In this document: positions 1-11,127 of the stretch, in pieces
Numbering within the stretch: the first letter of the stretch is position 1
Layout of the letters: the number at the start of each line of letters is the position of its first letter
Assembly: GCA_963766075.1 (NCBI GenBank)
Contig: CAVYAN010000072.1
Coordinates: 64,001-128,000 of the forward strand
Length of the DNA: 64,000 nt
Source: an uncultured cyanobacterium
GTDB lineage: Bacteria > Cyanobacteriota > Cyanobacteriia > Leptolyngbyales > Leptolyngbyaceae
Reading direction: 5' to 3'
Made by a program: the position numbers and the translations under genes
The notes under the pieces: generated by a model
What the model was told of the DNA's origin: nothing
The model's input: only the letters and a program-made list of their open reading frames with translations
Database searches by the model: none

Positions 1-201
1 TTGGGGAAGTATCCGGGGAATGGGCAGATTGCCTATCTCTAGGATCATTCATCGAGTGTCAAGGCGCGACTTCGGGCCCCTGTGATCCACAGGAACCTCA
101 AGGCGACAGCCCCCTAACCTCCCACCGTTGATTTCAAGAGCAATCCATTGATTCTTCAGTCACGTGTTCATTCAAGTGCCCATCCAGCAGGAGAGCGGTG
201 C

Positions 202-3200
202 ATGAAAGTGTCCTCCAACCTCAAGCCCAAAATTCTGGTCGTCGATGACGAACCCGATAATTTGGACTTGCTATATCGAACTTTCCACCGCGAATTTAAA
301 GTCCTTCGAGCAGAAAATGGTCCCGCAGCCCTGGACATTCTGGCGAATGAAGGGGATATCGCTGTGATCATTTCTGACCAGCGGATGCCGATGATGAGCG
401 GCACAGAATTTTTGAGTCTGACGGCGACCCAGTATCCGGACATTATTCGGATTATTTTGACGGGCTATACCGATGTGGAAGATTTAGTTGAGGCGATCAA
501 CTCGGGAAAAGTCTTCAAATACGTAACCAAGCCCTGGGACGACGACGAGCTTAAGGGCGTGGTGCGGCAGGCCGTGGATACCCACAACGTCTTGAAGGCG
601 CGGACACGGGAACTGCGGCGATCGCTGCGCCAAGAATCTCTGCTCAATACCGTCACCAACAGCATTCGCAGTGCCCTCAGCTATGACCAGATCTTGCAAA
701 CCATTGGCGAATCGGTTGGCCAGATGCTGGAAGTGAGCGCCTGTGTCGTTTGTCCGTTTCAAAATGGGCAAATGGGCGATCAATGGTTCGTCTACCTCAA
801 CCCACAGGAACCACAGCCCACCGGGACATTGCTGAATACCCTCAAGCTGACCCTGGCCCAAACCGTCTGGGAAACCCGCCATGTGCAAGCGATTTTAGAC
901 GTCAAAACCGACGATCGCCTCCAAGGCGATACCAGTAGCGCCCAGCGCCGTCGCCAAGCCTACGAGCAAGCCAACATTGCTTCTAGCCTGATTGTGCCTT
1001 TAATCTGTCAACAGGAATTAATTGCAGTGCTAGCCCTGCATCAGCGCCATACGCTACGCCTATGGCAGGATGAAGAGGTTCAACTCATGGATATGGTGGC
1101 CGACCAAGCGGCCCTCGCCTTGTCCCAAGCCCACGCCTATGAACAAGTGCGAGCACTGGCCAAACGGGAAGTGTTGATCAACACCATCACAACCGCGATT
1201 CGCTCCAGCTTGGATCCCCAAGATATTTTTGCCGCAATTACCCAGCAGTTGGGACAAGCCCTGCATGTGGACGGTTGTGCCCTGTCGCTGTGGACCGGTG
1301 AAGATGAGTATGTGCAGTGTGTCGGATTGCATGATTCCAGTCAGCCGGAGCCAGCAATCCTGGCGGCCACTGTGGAGGGCCAGGTTTGGCAAGCCACGGA
1401 TACCCCCTTTGATCCACCAAGCGGCGCGAATCAAACGGATCAAACGGATCAACAGATAGAAGATTTAGCGATCGCCGACCCGCGATCGCTGCCTCAATCG
1501 CGGGTGCCCATCGCCGGAAACCCTGTGCTGAAGCACCTCATGGATTCTCAGCAGCCCGTCGTACTGAACGATATGAGTGAGTATCCTGAGCTAGATGGTC
1601 CCGAACAACCCTTCCGCTCGAAATCTCAGGCGCTGTTGGTGGTGCCGCTCATCTCCGACGGCAAGATTATTGGCAGTATTTCTTTGAGGCAAAATAAATC
1701 ACCTCGGTTCTGGAAACTGGCAGAAATTGAATTAGCCCAAGCGGTGGCGGCCCAAGCGGCGATCGCCGTGCAACAGTCCCGCCTGTATCAAACGACCCGG
1801 CTGCAAGCTGAACAACTCTTGGCCTTGGACCGCCAAAAAACGGAGTTCTTTCAGAACATTAGCCACGAATTTCGGACGCCTCTAACACTCACCCTAGGTC
1901 CGTTGGAATCGGCAGTGGCGCAGCAGCAAGGACTCTCCTATGAGCAGTCGATGATTGCGCTGCGGAATTCGCGGCGCTTGCTGCGGCTGGTCAACCAACT
2001 GCTAGACCTGCAACGACTGGATGCGGGCCGCATGCAAGCCGTCTTCCGACCCTGCGACTTAGTCGATTTTGTCAGTCAAACTGTGGATGCCTTCCGGACC
2101 TATTGCGAAAAGAAAGGGATCCTTCTGAAAACGGATTTACAGCCCTGTCCTACGGTGTATCTGGACCTAGAGCGATTCGATAAAGTGCTGTACAACCTGC
2201 TGTCGAATGCGATGAAGTTCACACCAGACGATGGGTGCATTACCGTCACCTTGGCGGCAGTGGGCGATCGCTGTCTAATCCAGGTGATCGATACCGGGAT
2301 CGGCATTCGGGAGGATCAGCTCCCCCTGCTGTTCCAACGGTTTCGGCAGGCGGAAGGGTCGGCCAGCCGCAGCTACGAAGGCACGGGACTGGGACTGGCC
2401 TTGGTCAAGGAGCTGGTAGAACTGCACAACGGCACAGTGGATGTGACCTCGACCTACGGCTCCGGTACCACATTCACCGTCTCTCTGCCCAGCGGCTCCG
2501 AACATTTGACCGAGGAGCAAATTATTCCGGAGCAGGCAGAGGTGCAACCGTTGAGAGCAGCGGTAGAGTTGGCCGATTTAGAAATGGAGTTACAGGACAA
2601 TCAGGAAACAGCGGACACTGACGAGATTGGCCAGCCCAATGCCCCTGGGGACGGGGAGCACAAGGCCGCGAAAATTTTGATTGTGGACGATAATCCCGAC
2701 CTGCGGGTCTATCTTTCCAGCATTTTGCGCACCAAGGGGTACCAAGTGTGGACAGCGCGGAATGGGGCAGAGGGCTTGCAACGGGCATTGGAGCATCATC
2801 CCCAGTTAATCATCACGGATTTAATGATGCCCAAGGTTTCGGGATTGGACTTAATCCGGATGATTCGGGAGGATGAGGCACTCCAGGGCACGCCCGTGGT
2901 GCTGCTCACGGCCAAGGCAGACGAAGATACGCGGATTGATGGGGTGGAACAGGGCGCAGATGCCTATTTATCGAAGCCGTTTAGCGATCGCGAATTGTTG
3001 GCGGAGGTCCATAATCTGTTGGCGCTGAAGGCCAATGAGCAGCGGGTAGCGGAACTGAACACCTACCTCACCGAATCCGTCCTGAAACGATTTTTGCCCG
3101 CTTCGTTGGTCCAGCGGGCCGCCAAGGGCGATTTATCCCTCGATTTACGTCCGGAACCGCGCCTGCTGACGGTACTGTTTACCGACATTATTGGGTTTAC

Positions 3201-3717
3201 CCAGTTGTCGAACACGCTGCGATCGCGTCGAGTGGCGGAATTGCTGAACGAGTATCTGGCCGAGATGACCCAAGTGATTTTTACCAATGGCGGCACCATC
3301 GACAAGTTTATGGGGGATGCGATTTTGGCGCTGTTTGGCGCTCCGGAGGAATTGAACCCCAACGAGCAGGTCCGACGAGCCGTCCAAACCGCGCGCCAAA
3401 TGCGGCGATCGCTCAATTTACTGAACCAGCGCTGGCAAGAACAGGGCATTGGCCCCGTGCAGTTCCGCTGTGGCATCCATCAGGGCACAGCAGTGGTAGG
3501 GATGTTTGGCGGTGCAGAGCGATCGGACTATACGGCGATTGGTCCCAGCGTGAATATTGCCTCGCGGATTCAGGCCGTGGCAGAACCCGATACGATTTTG
3601 GTATCGGCGGCGGTGGCAGATTATCTTGCTGAGGACGAGATTACCAAGTTCAGTCCGCTACAACTGAAGGGCGTGGATGAAACGGTGCTGACATTTGCCG
3701 TGAGGCCGGAGTTGTAA
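202..3717 (+). CDS. cyaC: Hybrid sensor adenylate cyclase (REC-GAF-GAF-HisKA-HATPase-REC-AC)
   Basis: N-terminal REC (LVVDDE...SDQRMP), two GAF domains, SHEFRTPL H-box, GTGLGL, second REC, class III cyclase motifs FTDIIGFT, DKFMGDA, IGPSVNIASRIQ. Confidence 0.9.
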   Translation: MKVSSNLKPKILVVDDEPDNLDLLYRTFHREFKVLRAENGPAALDILANEGDIAVIISDQRMPMMSGTEFLSLTATQYPDIIRIILTGYTDVEDLVEAINSGKVFKYVTKPWDDDELKGVVRQAVDTHNVLKARTRELRRSLRQESLLNTVTNSIRSALSYDQILQTIGESVGQMLEVSACVVCPFQNGQMGDQWFVYLNPQEPQPTGTLLNTLKLTLAQTVWETRHVQAILDVKTDDRLQGDTSSAQRRRQAYEQANIASSLIVPLICQQELIAVLALHQRHTLRLWQDEEVQLMDMVADQAALALSQAHAYEQVRALAKREVLINTITTAIRSSLDPQDIFAAITQQLGQALHVDGCALSLWTGEDEYVQCVGLHDSSQPEPAILAATVEGQVWQATDTPFDPPSGANQTDQTDQQIEDLAIADPRSLPQSRVPIAGNPVLKHLMDSQQPVVLNDMSEYPELDGPEQPFRSKSQALLVVPLISDGKIIGSISLRQNKSPRFWKLAEIELAQAVAAQAAIAVQQSRLYQTTRLQAEQLLALDRQKTEFFQNISHEFRTPLTLTLGPLESAVAQQQGLSYEQSMIALRNSRRLLRLVNQLLDLQRLDAGRMQAVFRPCDLVDFVSQTVDAFRTYCEKKGILLKTDLQPCPTVYLDLERFDKVLYNLLSNAMKFTPDDGCITVTLAAVGDRCLIQVIDTGIGIREDQLPLLFQRFRQAEGSASRSYEGTGLGLALVKELVELHNGTVDVTSTYGSGTTFTVSLPSGSEHLTEEQIIPEQAEVQPLRAAVELADLEMELQDNQETADTDEIGQPNAPGDGEHKAAKILIVDDNPDLRVYLSSILRTKGYQVWTARNGAEGLQRALEHHPQLIITDLMMPKVSGLDLIRMIREDEALQGTPVVLLTAKADEDTRIDGVEQGADAYLSKPFSDRELLAEVHNLLALKANEQRVAELNTYLTESVLKRFLPASLVQRAAKGDLSLDLRPEPRLLTVLFTDIIGFTQLSNTLRSRRVAELLNEYLAEMTQVIFTNGGTIDKFMGDAILALFGAPEELNPNEQVRRAVQTARQMRRSLNLLNQRWQEQGIGPVQFRCGIHQGTAVVGMFGGAERSDYTAIGPSVNIASRIQAVAEPDTILVSAAVADYLAEDEITKFSPLQLKGVDETVLTFAVRPEL

Positions 3718-3837
3718 CAGACCGAAATCATGGGACCAATAGGACCGGCGTGACTTTTTAGGATGTACAGATTAGAGCGAGCAGACGGAGCATACTGACA
3801 AACAGACGGAACATACTATAGTTGTACAATTTGGCAG

Positions 3838-4302
3838 ATGGGTTCTGGGACCATGAGTACAACTGTGACAGCGCGGGTAACGAACGAAACGGAAACGACG
3901 GCTGATCTAACGCTCTGGCTGACGGCGGAGGAACGGACGCGATCGCGCCATCGCTTTGCCACTGCCGAAGGAGAGGTGGTGCATTTGCAGTTGCCCCGAG
4001 GTACGGTGTTGCAGGACGGAGACCTCTTGCGATCGGAGCCGGAAAATCGGATCGTGCGGGTGGTGGCCAAGCCCGAACCCGTGCTCACGGTGACGGCGGA
4101 TTCGGCGCTGACCCTCTTGCAAGCAGCGTATCACCTGGGCAATCGGCATGTGCCCTTAGAAATTACTGTGGCCTATTTGCGCCTATCCCCCGATCCCGTA
4201 CTGAAGGATTTACTGGAGCATCGCGGCTTGCAGGTGATGGAAGAGATTCAGCCCTTTGACCCGGAGACAGGGGCCTATGGGGGTGGCCATGGCCACGGGT
4301 AA
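3838..4302 (+). CDS. ureE: Urease accessory protein UreE
   Basis: [10 protein letters not shown] motif, His-rich tail GHGHG, adjacent to ureF and ureG. Confidence 0.95.
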   Translation: MGSGTMSTTVTARVTNETETTADLTLWLTAEERTRSRHRFATAEGEVVHLQLPRGTVLQDGDLLRSEPENRIVRVVAKPEPVLTVTADSALTLLQAAYHLGNRHVPLEITVAYLRLSPDPVLKDLLEHRGLQVMEEIQPFDPETGAYGGGHGHG

Positions 4303-4311
4303 CCCTACCCG

Positions 4312-4344
4312 GTTTAGATTTTAGATTGACGATTTTGGATTTTG
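4312..4344 (+). repeat. Short tandem heptamer repeat (TTAGATT/TTGGATT), STRR-like
   Basis: ttagatt ttagatt gacgatt ttggatt ttgg between ureE and ureF. Confidence 0.6.
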
Positions 4345-4421
4345 GGCGTCCGTTCCCAGCGCGTTGGCCTCCGCGCGCCATCCAAGAACCTTGAAGATTT
4401 TACATTGATGCAGGATCAGGT

Positions 4422-5105
4422 ATGCAGGATCAGGTGCTGTTAAGGCTCTTGCAGTTGGCGAGTTCGGCCTTGCCGATCGGGGCGTATAGTTACTCCGAAG
4501 GGTTGGAGGCCGTTATTGAAGCGGGACAGATGCCCACAGGAGCGATCTTGCAGGAGTGGTTGACCCAGGAGTTGAACGTTGGGGCGATGCGGACGGAGGC
4601 AGCGATTTTGGCGCGGGGCTATAGGGCAGTGGAACGGGAGGACTGGCTGGATTTGATTGCCTGGAATCAAAAGCTGTCGGCCTTACGAGAGGCCGAGGAA
4701 ATGCGATCGCAAAGTTGGCAGATGGGGCGATCGCTGCTGCGGCTTTTTCTCGATTTGGAACCGCAGTGCTTGGATAGTGATCTGGTGACCACGCTACAGG
4801 CTGACGGGTGCAATGGGGCGATCGCCTTTAGCTTAGTGGCAGCCCAGTGGCATCTGGGCGTGCAATCCACCGTCTTGGGATATTTACACAGTTGGGCCAC
4901 CAATTTAGTAGGCGCAGGGATTAAGCTGATTCCCCTGGGCCAAACCGCAGGGCAACGGCTATTGCTCGATCTGCATCCTGTGATCGCCGCCGCCGCCGCC
5001 GAGGCATTAGTGCTGCCAGAGGAGCAATTTGGCAGTTGTGGTTGGGGCTTAGCACTGGCGAGCATGGCCCACGAGACCCAATACAGTCGGCTCTTTCGGA
5101 GCTAA
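4422..5105 (+). CDS. ureF: Urease accessory protein UreF
   Basis: LQLASSALPIGAYSYSEGLE N-terminus and HETQYSRLFRS C-terminus. Confidence 0.95.
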   Translation: MQDQVLLRLLQLASSALPIGAYSYSEGLEAVIEAGQMPTGAILQEWLTQELNVGAMRTEAAILARGYRAVEREDWLDLIAWNQKLSALREAEEMRSQSWQMGRSLLRLFLDLEPQCLDSDLVTTLQADGCNGAIAFSLVAAQWHLGVQSTVLGYLHSWATNLVGAGIKLIPLGQTAGQRLLLDLHPVIAAAAAEALVLPEEQFGSCGWGLALASMAHETQYSRLFRS

Positions 5106-5249
5106 GGTTCCTCAATACTACAGGGAAATCCTGATTTAAATCTGGATGTCTAGTCGAGACGTTGAACTGGACGATAAGCACGGTAAGCTGGAAGGCAAAG
5201 TTGGTGATAAAACCGCAATCAAACCTATGACAAACACCTGTGACGACTT

Positions 5250-5852
5250 ATGACGAATACAGTGCGCATTGGGGTGGCGGGTCCGGTGGGTTCAGGAAAA
5301 ACGGCGTTGGTGGATGCGCTGTGTAAGGCGCTGCGGCAGGACTATAACCTGGCGGTAGTGACCAATGATATTTACACCCAAGAAGATGCCCAGTTTTTGG
5401 TGCAGAGTCAGGCGTTGACCGGCGATCGCATTGTGGGCGTGGAAACGGGGGGATGCCCCCATACGGCGATTCGGGAAGATGCCTCCATGAATTTGGCGGC
5501 GATCGAAAGTTTGGAACAACGGTTTCCCGGTCTAGATCTGATCTTTGTGGAAAGTGGTGGTGACAATCTGGCGGCCACCTTTAGTCCGGAATTGGTAGAC
5601 CTAACAATTTATGTAATTGATGTGGCCGGGGGCGACAAGATTCCCCGGAAAGGTGGGCCAGGAATTACGAAATCGGATTTGTTAGTGATTAATAAAACTG
5701 ACCTAGCGCCCTACGTGGGCGCAGATTTGGCCGTAATGGATCGGGATGCCCAGAAAATGCGGGGCGAGAAGCCCTTTGTGTTTACCAATCTAAAGACCCA
5801 AGCGGGACTGCCGGATGTGGTGCGTTTCGTGCAAAATTTCCACTCTACATAA
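5250..5852 (+). CDS. ureG: Urease accessory GTPase UreG
   Basis: GPVGSGKT P-loop, GGCPH, ESGGDNL, NKTD. Confidence 0.97.
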   Translation: MTNTVRIGVAGPVGSGKTALVDALCKALRQDYNLAVVTNDIYTQEDAQFLVQSQALTGDRIVGVETGGCPHTAIREDASMNLAAIESLEQRFPGLDLIFVESGGDNLAATFSPELVDLTIYVIDVAGGDKIPRKGGPGITKSDLLVINKTDLAPYVGADLAVMDRDAQKMRGEKPFVFTNLKTQAGLPDVVRFVQNFHST

Positions 5853-6036
5853 CGGGTTTGCAGCCGTTTGGCGACAGGGAAACTACGGATAGAGCGATCA
5901 CCCGATTCTAGGGTCAAGTGGGGAGCTATTTCTTCTGCCCAAGAAGATTTCAGCCTGAGATGCAGGTTCAAACCGGGCAATCCTCGCCCATACAGGAATT
6001 ATACTGAGTCGAGTTCCGAGGATCGAAATGGGAAAT

Positions 6037-6078
6037 TGTATAGACAGTTACATTTTTTCGATGAATTCACGCCATAAT
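6037..6078 (+). promoter_or_regulatory. NtcA-activated promoter of the urt operon
   Basis: tGTA-tagacagt-TACa (GTA-N8-TAC at 6038-6051) followed 21 nt later by the -10-like CATAAT at 6073-6078. Confidence 0.8.
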
Positions 6079-6148
6079 ACTCAGAGTTATCACCGAGAAC
6101 ATGTCATGGTTTTCGGACTCATTCTTTAGTGGGGAGCGCAACGTTCTA

Positions 6149-7468
6149 ATGTCAAATCAGTTTAATCGACGTGAGTTCATCTTGTTTGGGACTGCTGCGG
6201 CTGGGAGCATTCTCCTGAAGTCCTGCGCCAGTGCTCCAACCCCCAGCGGTTCTCCGGAGGCGTCCCCCTCTGCTTCTGCCTCCCCCGCAGCAGGCGGTGG
6301 CAACACCATCAAGGTGGGGATTTTGCATTCCTTGAGCGGCACCATGGCAATCTCTGAAAAGAGCGTGGTCGATGCCGAGAACTTGGCGATCGAAGAAATT
6401 AACAAAGCCGGCGGTGTTCTAGGCAAGCAAATCGAAGCAATCACCGAAGATGGTGCATCGGATTGGCCCACCTTTAACGAAAAGGCGAAGAAGCTCATTG
6501 ATCAAGATAAGGTCGTCACGGTGTTTGGCTGCTGGACTTCTGCTAGCCGCAAGGCCGTGTTGCCTACCTTTGAATCGAAAAACCACATGCTGTGGTACCC
6601 CGTCCAATACGAGGGTCAAGAATGCTCGAAGAATGTCTTTTACACTGGTGCCGCTCCCAACCAGCAAATTGAGCCCTCTGTAGACTGGCTGCTGGAAAAA
6701 TATAAGGGCAAGCCCTTCTTCTTGGTGGGTTCTGACTATGTCTTCCCCCGCACAGCTAACACTATCATCAAGGCTCAGCTCGCGGCTAAAGGCGGCAAGG
6801 TAGTTGGAGAAGATTACATCCCCTTGGGCAGTACTGAAGTTACCCCCATCATCTCCAAAATCAAGGCCGCATTGCCCGATGGCGGTGTGATTTATAACAG
6901 CTTGAATGGTGACAGTAACGTAGCGCTGTTTAAGCAAATGCAAGGTGCGGGCTTGGGTCCCGATAAGTATCCGTCCATGTCCGTGTCAATTGCCGAAGAA
7001 GAAGTGAAGGCGATCGGTGTGGAATACTTGAAGGGCCACTATGCCGCGTGGAACTACTTCCAAACCGTAGAGAGTCCTGAAAGCAAGAAGTTCGTCGAAG
7101 CCTTCAAAGCCAAATACGGTGCGGATCGGGTTGTGAACGATCCCATGGAAGCGGCCTACATCATGGTGTACCTGTGGAAGCAAGCCGTGGAAAAAGCCAA
7201 AACCTACGAGGATCTAGAAAAGGTGCGCATGGCGGCCCTGGGACAAACCTTTGCGGCTCCGGAAGGAGAGGTAACCTTGGAAAATAATCACCACTTGGCA
7301 AAGGTGGTGCGGATTGGCCAAGTGCGGGAAGATGGGCTGTTTAACATCGTTTATGACAGCAAAAAGGCTGTTAAGCCTGTGCCCTGGAACCAGTACGTTG
7401 CAGAAACCAAGGGCTTCTCTTGTGATTGGTCTGACCCTGCCAAGGGCGGCAAATACAAGGTGAGCTAG
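6149..7468 (+). CDS. urtA: Urea ABC transporter substrate-binding lipoprotein
   Basis: RREF twin-Arg plus LKSC lipobox; GILHSLSGTMAISE, GCWTSASRKAV, YPVQYEGQE. Confidence 0.95.
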   Translation: MSNQFNRREFILFGTAAAGSILLKSCASAPTPSGSPEASPSASASPAAGGGNTIKVGILHSLSGTMAISEKSVVDAENLAIEEINKAGGVLGKQIEAITEDGASDWPTFNEKAKKLIDQDKVVTVFGCWTSASRKAVLPTFESKNHMLWYPVQYEGQECSKNVFYTGAAPNQQIEPSVDWLLEKYKGKPFFLVGSDYVFPRTANTIIKAQLAAKGGKVVGEDYIPLGSTEVTPIISKIKAALPDGGVIYNSLNGDSNVALFKQMQGAGLGPDKYPSMSVSIAEEEVKAIGVEYLKGHYAAWNYFQTVESPESKKFVEAFKAKYGADRVVNDPMEAAYIMVYLWKQAVEKAKTYEDLEKVRMAALGQTFAAPEGEVTLENNHHLAKVVRIGQVREDGLFNIVYDSKKAVKPVPWNQYVAETKGFSCDWSDPAKGGKYKVS

Positions 7469-7497
7469 GATTCACGAGTCCGGTTACAGAGTGATAG

Positions 7498-7525
7498 CTC
7501 TGCGATTTCTGATGAAATCGCAGAG
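7498..7525 (+). terminator. 12-bp stem-loop after urtA (attenuating or mRNA-stabilising)
   Basis: ctctgcgatttc-tgat-gaaatcgcagag. Confidence 0.6.
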
Positions 7526-7895
7526 TTCGGCTATCTATAATCAGTCGCTAGACGCTCTGTGAATTACCGCTGAGATTCCTCTAGTTTCGCCATCCCACAA
7601 GGTGCTTCAAGCTGAATATTTTCAGAGCTACATTTTCAGAGCTAGAAGTTGGGAACTAATACGTTTAGAAGCCGTTTAAAAGCTTGTAATTTAGGCGTTT
7701 GTAATAGAGCCTTTCATTTTAAGCTTTCATGATGGCTCCGCAAACATTTTCAGGCGAATCTGAGTGGTATCCTGGCTGGTATAGTTGGTTGTGAAAATCC
7801 GATTATAATTTTGTTCGCAACGGCTATTGGTTCGGTGAGTTTTTAGTTTCCCAACTCGATGGTTTTCGGTTTCCTAACTTAAGGGGGATCTCGCA

Positions 7896-9047
7896 TTGTC
7901 TGCATTATTAGAATCCCTGTTTGGTGGACTCAGTATCGGGTCAGTATTGCTACTGTCAGCGCTTGGCCTAGCAATTGTGTTCGGACTGATGGGCGTGATT
8001 AATATGGCCCACGGTGAGTTGATGATGCTGGGCGCTTACACAACGTTTTTGGTGCAGAATGCCTTGAAGAAAACGCCGCTGTCAGAGATTTATATCTTTG
8101 TGGCATTGATTGCGGCCTTTTTGGTGACGGCAGCGATCGGCATTCTTTTAGAGAAATTGGTGGTGCGACATCTGTACGGCAGGCCACTGGAAACCCTTTT
8201 GGCGACTTGGGGTGTGAGTTTGATCCTGCAGCAGTTTGTCCGAAGTGTTGGCTGGCAAATGGTGGTGGGGGTGGGTTTATTTTCTGCACTCTTTTTTGGC
8301 GGATCCTGGCTGTTGGCCAAGCGCCCCAATTTTGAACGGATTCGTGCCCTAGCGACGCCCGCTCTGTTTGTCTTGTCGGGGGCGATCGCTCTCGTTGTTT
8401 CTAATGTTTTGGGAACGACCTATAAGCTCGCTTTTACGCGACCCTGGTTTGGGACTCAGGGTGTGGATGTGACCGCGCCGAAATGGCTGCGAGGCGGCCT
8501 GCCGTTGGGGACTTACCAGCTTCCCTATACACGCCTCTTTATTATTTTGTTGACCATTGCCTGCGTCTTGGGGGTCTATTGGTTTCTGAATAAAACACCC
8601 TGGGGTCTGCGAATTCGCTCTGTAACGCAAAATCGATCAATGAGTGCCTGTTTGGGCATTCCAACGAAACAGGTGGATGCCCTTACCTTTGCCATTGGCT
8701 CCGGGCTGGCGGGTGTAGCCGGATGTGCGGTCGCGCTGTTGGGGTCGGTAAGTTCCAATACCGGACAAGCCTATATCGTGGATACGTTTATGGTGGTCGT
8801 GGTTGGTGGCGTGGGCAAGCTGGTGGGCAGCATCGTGGCAGCTAGTGTGATTGGCACCTTGACCTATGTGATTGGCTCCAATACGTTGGGACCACTGGTG
8901 GGATTTAGTGATTTCCTCAAGAGCTTTTTTGAGTTTTTTGCTTCGACGCCAATGGCAAAGGTGATGATTTTTACCTTTATTGTGATTTTTCTACAGTTTC
9001 GTCCAGCAGGACTGTTTCCTCAACGGGGAAGAACTGCGGAGAATTGA
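7896..9047 (+). CDS. urtB: Urea ABC transporter permease
   Basis: GLMGVINMAHGELMMLGAY, RPLETLLATWG; operon position. Confidence 0.93.
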   Translation: MSALLESLFGGLSIGSVLLLSALGLAIVFGLMGVINMAHGELMMLGAYTTFLVQNALKKTPLSEIYIFVALIAAFLVTAAIGILLEKLVVRHLYGRPLETLLATWGVSLILQQFVRSVGWQMVVGVGLFSALFFGGSWLLAKRPNFERIRALATPALFVLSGAIALVVSNVLGTTYKLAFTRPWFGTQGVDVTAPKWLRGGLPLGTYQLPYTRLFIILLTIACVLGVYWFLNKTPWGLRIRSVTQNRSMSACLGIPTKQVDALTFAIGSGLAGVAGCAVALLGSVSSNTGQAYIVDTFMVVVVGGVGKLVGSIVAASVIGTLTYVIGSNTLGPLVGFSDFLKSFFEFFASTPMAKVMIFTFIVIFLQFRPAGLFPQRGRTAEN

Positions 9048-9108
9048 TCCAGGGGCGATGCTCCGAGATTGATGCGTTGATTAGGACTGGAATCCTTGCA
9101 GAGGCAGT

Positions 9109-10308
9109 ATGGTAGAAACAGTGGGGGTTGAGGATCAGGTGAGTCGTGGGGGCAAACGGCGGCGATCGCTGGCGATGGAAGTCGCTATTGTCGTTGGCTT
9201 GGCGCTGATTTTTCTGTTTGTGATTCCAGGAATTTTGGCGGCCACGGGTCAAGGGGTCCGAATTAATCAGCTAGGGCGATTTTTGGCCTTGGGCATTGTC
9301 GCCTTGGGCATCGATTTGATTTGGGGCTACACAGGAATGTTGAGCCTGGGGCACGGCGTATTTTTTGCCCTGGGTGGCTATGCCTTGGCCATGTATTTGT
9401 CGTTGCAGTTGCCTGCTGGACAAATACCAGAATTCTTTAACCTGTACGGGGTGACGGAGTTGCCGCTGTTTTGGCAGCCGTTTTACTCACTGCCCTTCAC
9501 GGCGCTGGCAATCTTTGTGATTCCGACGGTGGTGGCAGGCTTATTGGGCTACCTTGTGTTTCGCAACCGCATTCGGGGCGTCTATTTCTCGATCCTGACC
9601 CAGGCTTCACTGATCGTATTTTTCAACTTTTTTAATGGTCAGCAAAAGTTGATTAATGGCACCAACGGCCTGAAGACGGATACGGCCACCTTCCTGGGCA
9701 CCCAGGTAGCGGATCCGAAAATTCAGACTTTGTTTTATGGATTGAGCGTTTTGTTTCTGGTGGGCAGCTATGCGCTTTGTCGGTGGCTGACCAGTGGCCG
9801 ACTGGGACGTATTCTCGTTGCCATTCGCGATGATGAACCCCGGCTGCGGTTTTCGGGCTACAACCCCACCTGGTATAAAGTATTCGTATTTGCGATATCA
9901 GCAGGGTTGGCAGGCATTGCCGGTGCCCTCTTTACGGTACAGTCCGGCATCATTACTCCCAGTTCGTCGATGAGTGTGGCGGCTTCGATTGAAATGGTGA
10001 TTTGGGTGGCAGTAGGCGGACGCGGTACTTTAGTAGGGGCAATTCTGGGGACACTGCTGGTAAACTTTGCGCGGACGCTGTTGAGTGAAAAGTTTCCGGA
10101 AATTTGGCTGTTTTTCCAGGGCATGTTGTTCTTAGTGGTCGTGACGGTTTTGCCAGAGGGCATCCTCGGCTGGTTCCGGACAGAAGGCAAAGAGTGGCTG
10201 CGATCGCTGTCTCGCCGCCGTCGAATTTCAACTTATCCCAGTTTAGAAGAAGATTTGGATGTGCAGTATGAGCGCGAAACTGTTGGAAATCGAGAATCTG
10301 ACGGTTGA
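9109..10308 (+). CDS. urtC: Urea ABC transporter permease
   Basis: WGYTGMLSLGHG, IEMVIWVAVGGRGTL. Confidence 0.93.
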   Translation: MVETVGVEDQVSRGGKRRRSLAMEVAIVVGLALIFLFVIPGILAATGQGVRINQLGRFLALGIVALGIDLIWGYTGMLSLGHGVFFALGGYALAMYLSLQLPAGQIPEFFNLYGVTELPLFWQPFYSLPFTALAIFVIPTVVAGLLGYLVFRNRIRGVYFSILTQASLIVFFNFFNGQQKLINGTNGLKTDTATFLGTQVADPKIQTLFYGLSVLFLVGSYALCRWLTSGRLGRILVAIRDDEPRLRFSGYNPTWYKVFVFAISAGLAGIAGALFTVQSGIITPSSSMSVAASIEMVIWVAVGGRGTLVGAILGTLLVNFARTLLSEKFPEIWLFFQGMLFLVVVTVLPEGILGWFRTEGKEWLRSLSRRRRISTYPSLEEDLDVQYERETVGNRESDG

Positions 10309-11017
10309 TTTTGGCGGTTTTCGGGCCATTAATAACCTCAACTTCAGTCTGGATGAAGGCGAGTTGCGGGTGGTCATTGGTCCCAATGGAGCTGGCAAAA
10401 CCACCTTTATGGATGTAATCACGGGTAAAACAAAACCGACCCAGGGACGGGTCACGTTTAAGGGTAAGAACCTGCTGCCCTATGCGGAGTATCAAATCGC
10501 CCAGATGGGGATTGGCCGCAAGTTTCAAACGCCACGCGTGTATTTGAAGCTCACGCCTCGGGAGAACTTAGAACTTTCCTGTGCTAAACCCAAAAATGTG
10601 GTGTCCTCTCTACTGGGGCACGCTTCCACTGCGGAGCGGCGGACTGTCTCCGGGCTTCTGGAAACCATTGGGTTAGAAACCCGAGCAGATATTCCTGCCG
10701 AATTACTGTCCCACGGCGAAAAGCAGCGTTTGGAAATTGGCATGTTAGTGGCCCAGTCTCCGGATTTGCTGCTGGTGGATGAACCTGTGGCTGGCCTCAC
10801 GGATGAAGAAACGGAGAAAGTGGGAAACCTACTCCTGGCCCTGGCGGAAAGCCACGCCATTATGGTGATCGAACACGATATGGAGTTTGTCCGCCAAATT
10901 GCCCAGCAGGTGACCGTGTTGCATCAAGGCACGGTGCTGTGTGAAGGCACAATGGACGAGGTGCAGAGCGATCCCCGGGTGATCGAAGTGTATCTGGGCA
11001 GTGAGGAGGAAGAATAG
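10268..11017 (+). CDS. urtD: Urea ABC transporter ATP-binding protein
   Basis: GPNGAGKT, LSHGEKQRLEIGM, DEPVAG. Confidence 0.93.
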   Translation: MSAKLLEIENLTVDFGGFRAINNLNFSLDEGELRVVIGPNGAGKTTFMDVITGKTKPTQGRVTFKGKNLLPYAEYQIAQMGIGRKFQTPRVYLKLTPRENLELSCAKPKNVVSSLLGHASTAERRTVSGLLETIGLETRADIPAELLSHGEKQRLEIGMLVAQSPDLLLVDEPVAGLTDEETEKVGNLLLALAESHAIMVIEHDMEFVRQIAQQVTVLHQGTVLCEGTMDEVQSDPRVIEVYLGSEEEE

Positions 11018-11127
11018 CCTATTTCCCCCTGGGCATCTTTCCGGGGCATTTCTCCGGAGGATCTCTCCGAGGTATTCCACTGGAAATCTTGCTCAAAATC
11101 AATGCGCTAAGCTAGAGATAGTCTTCT

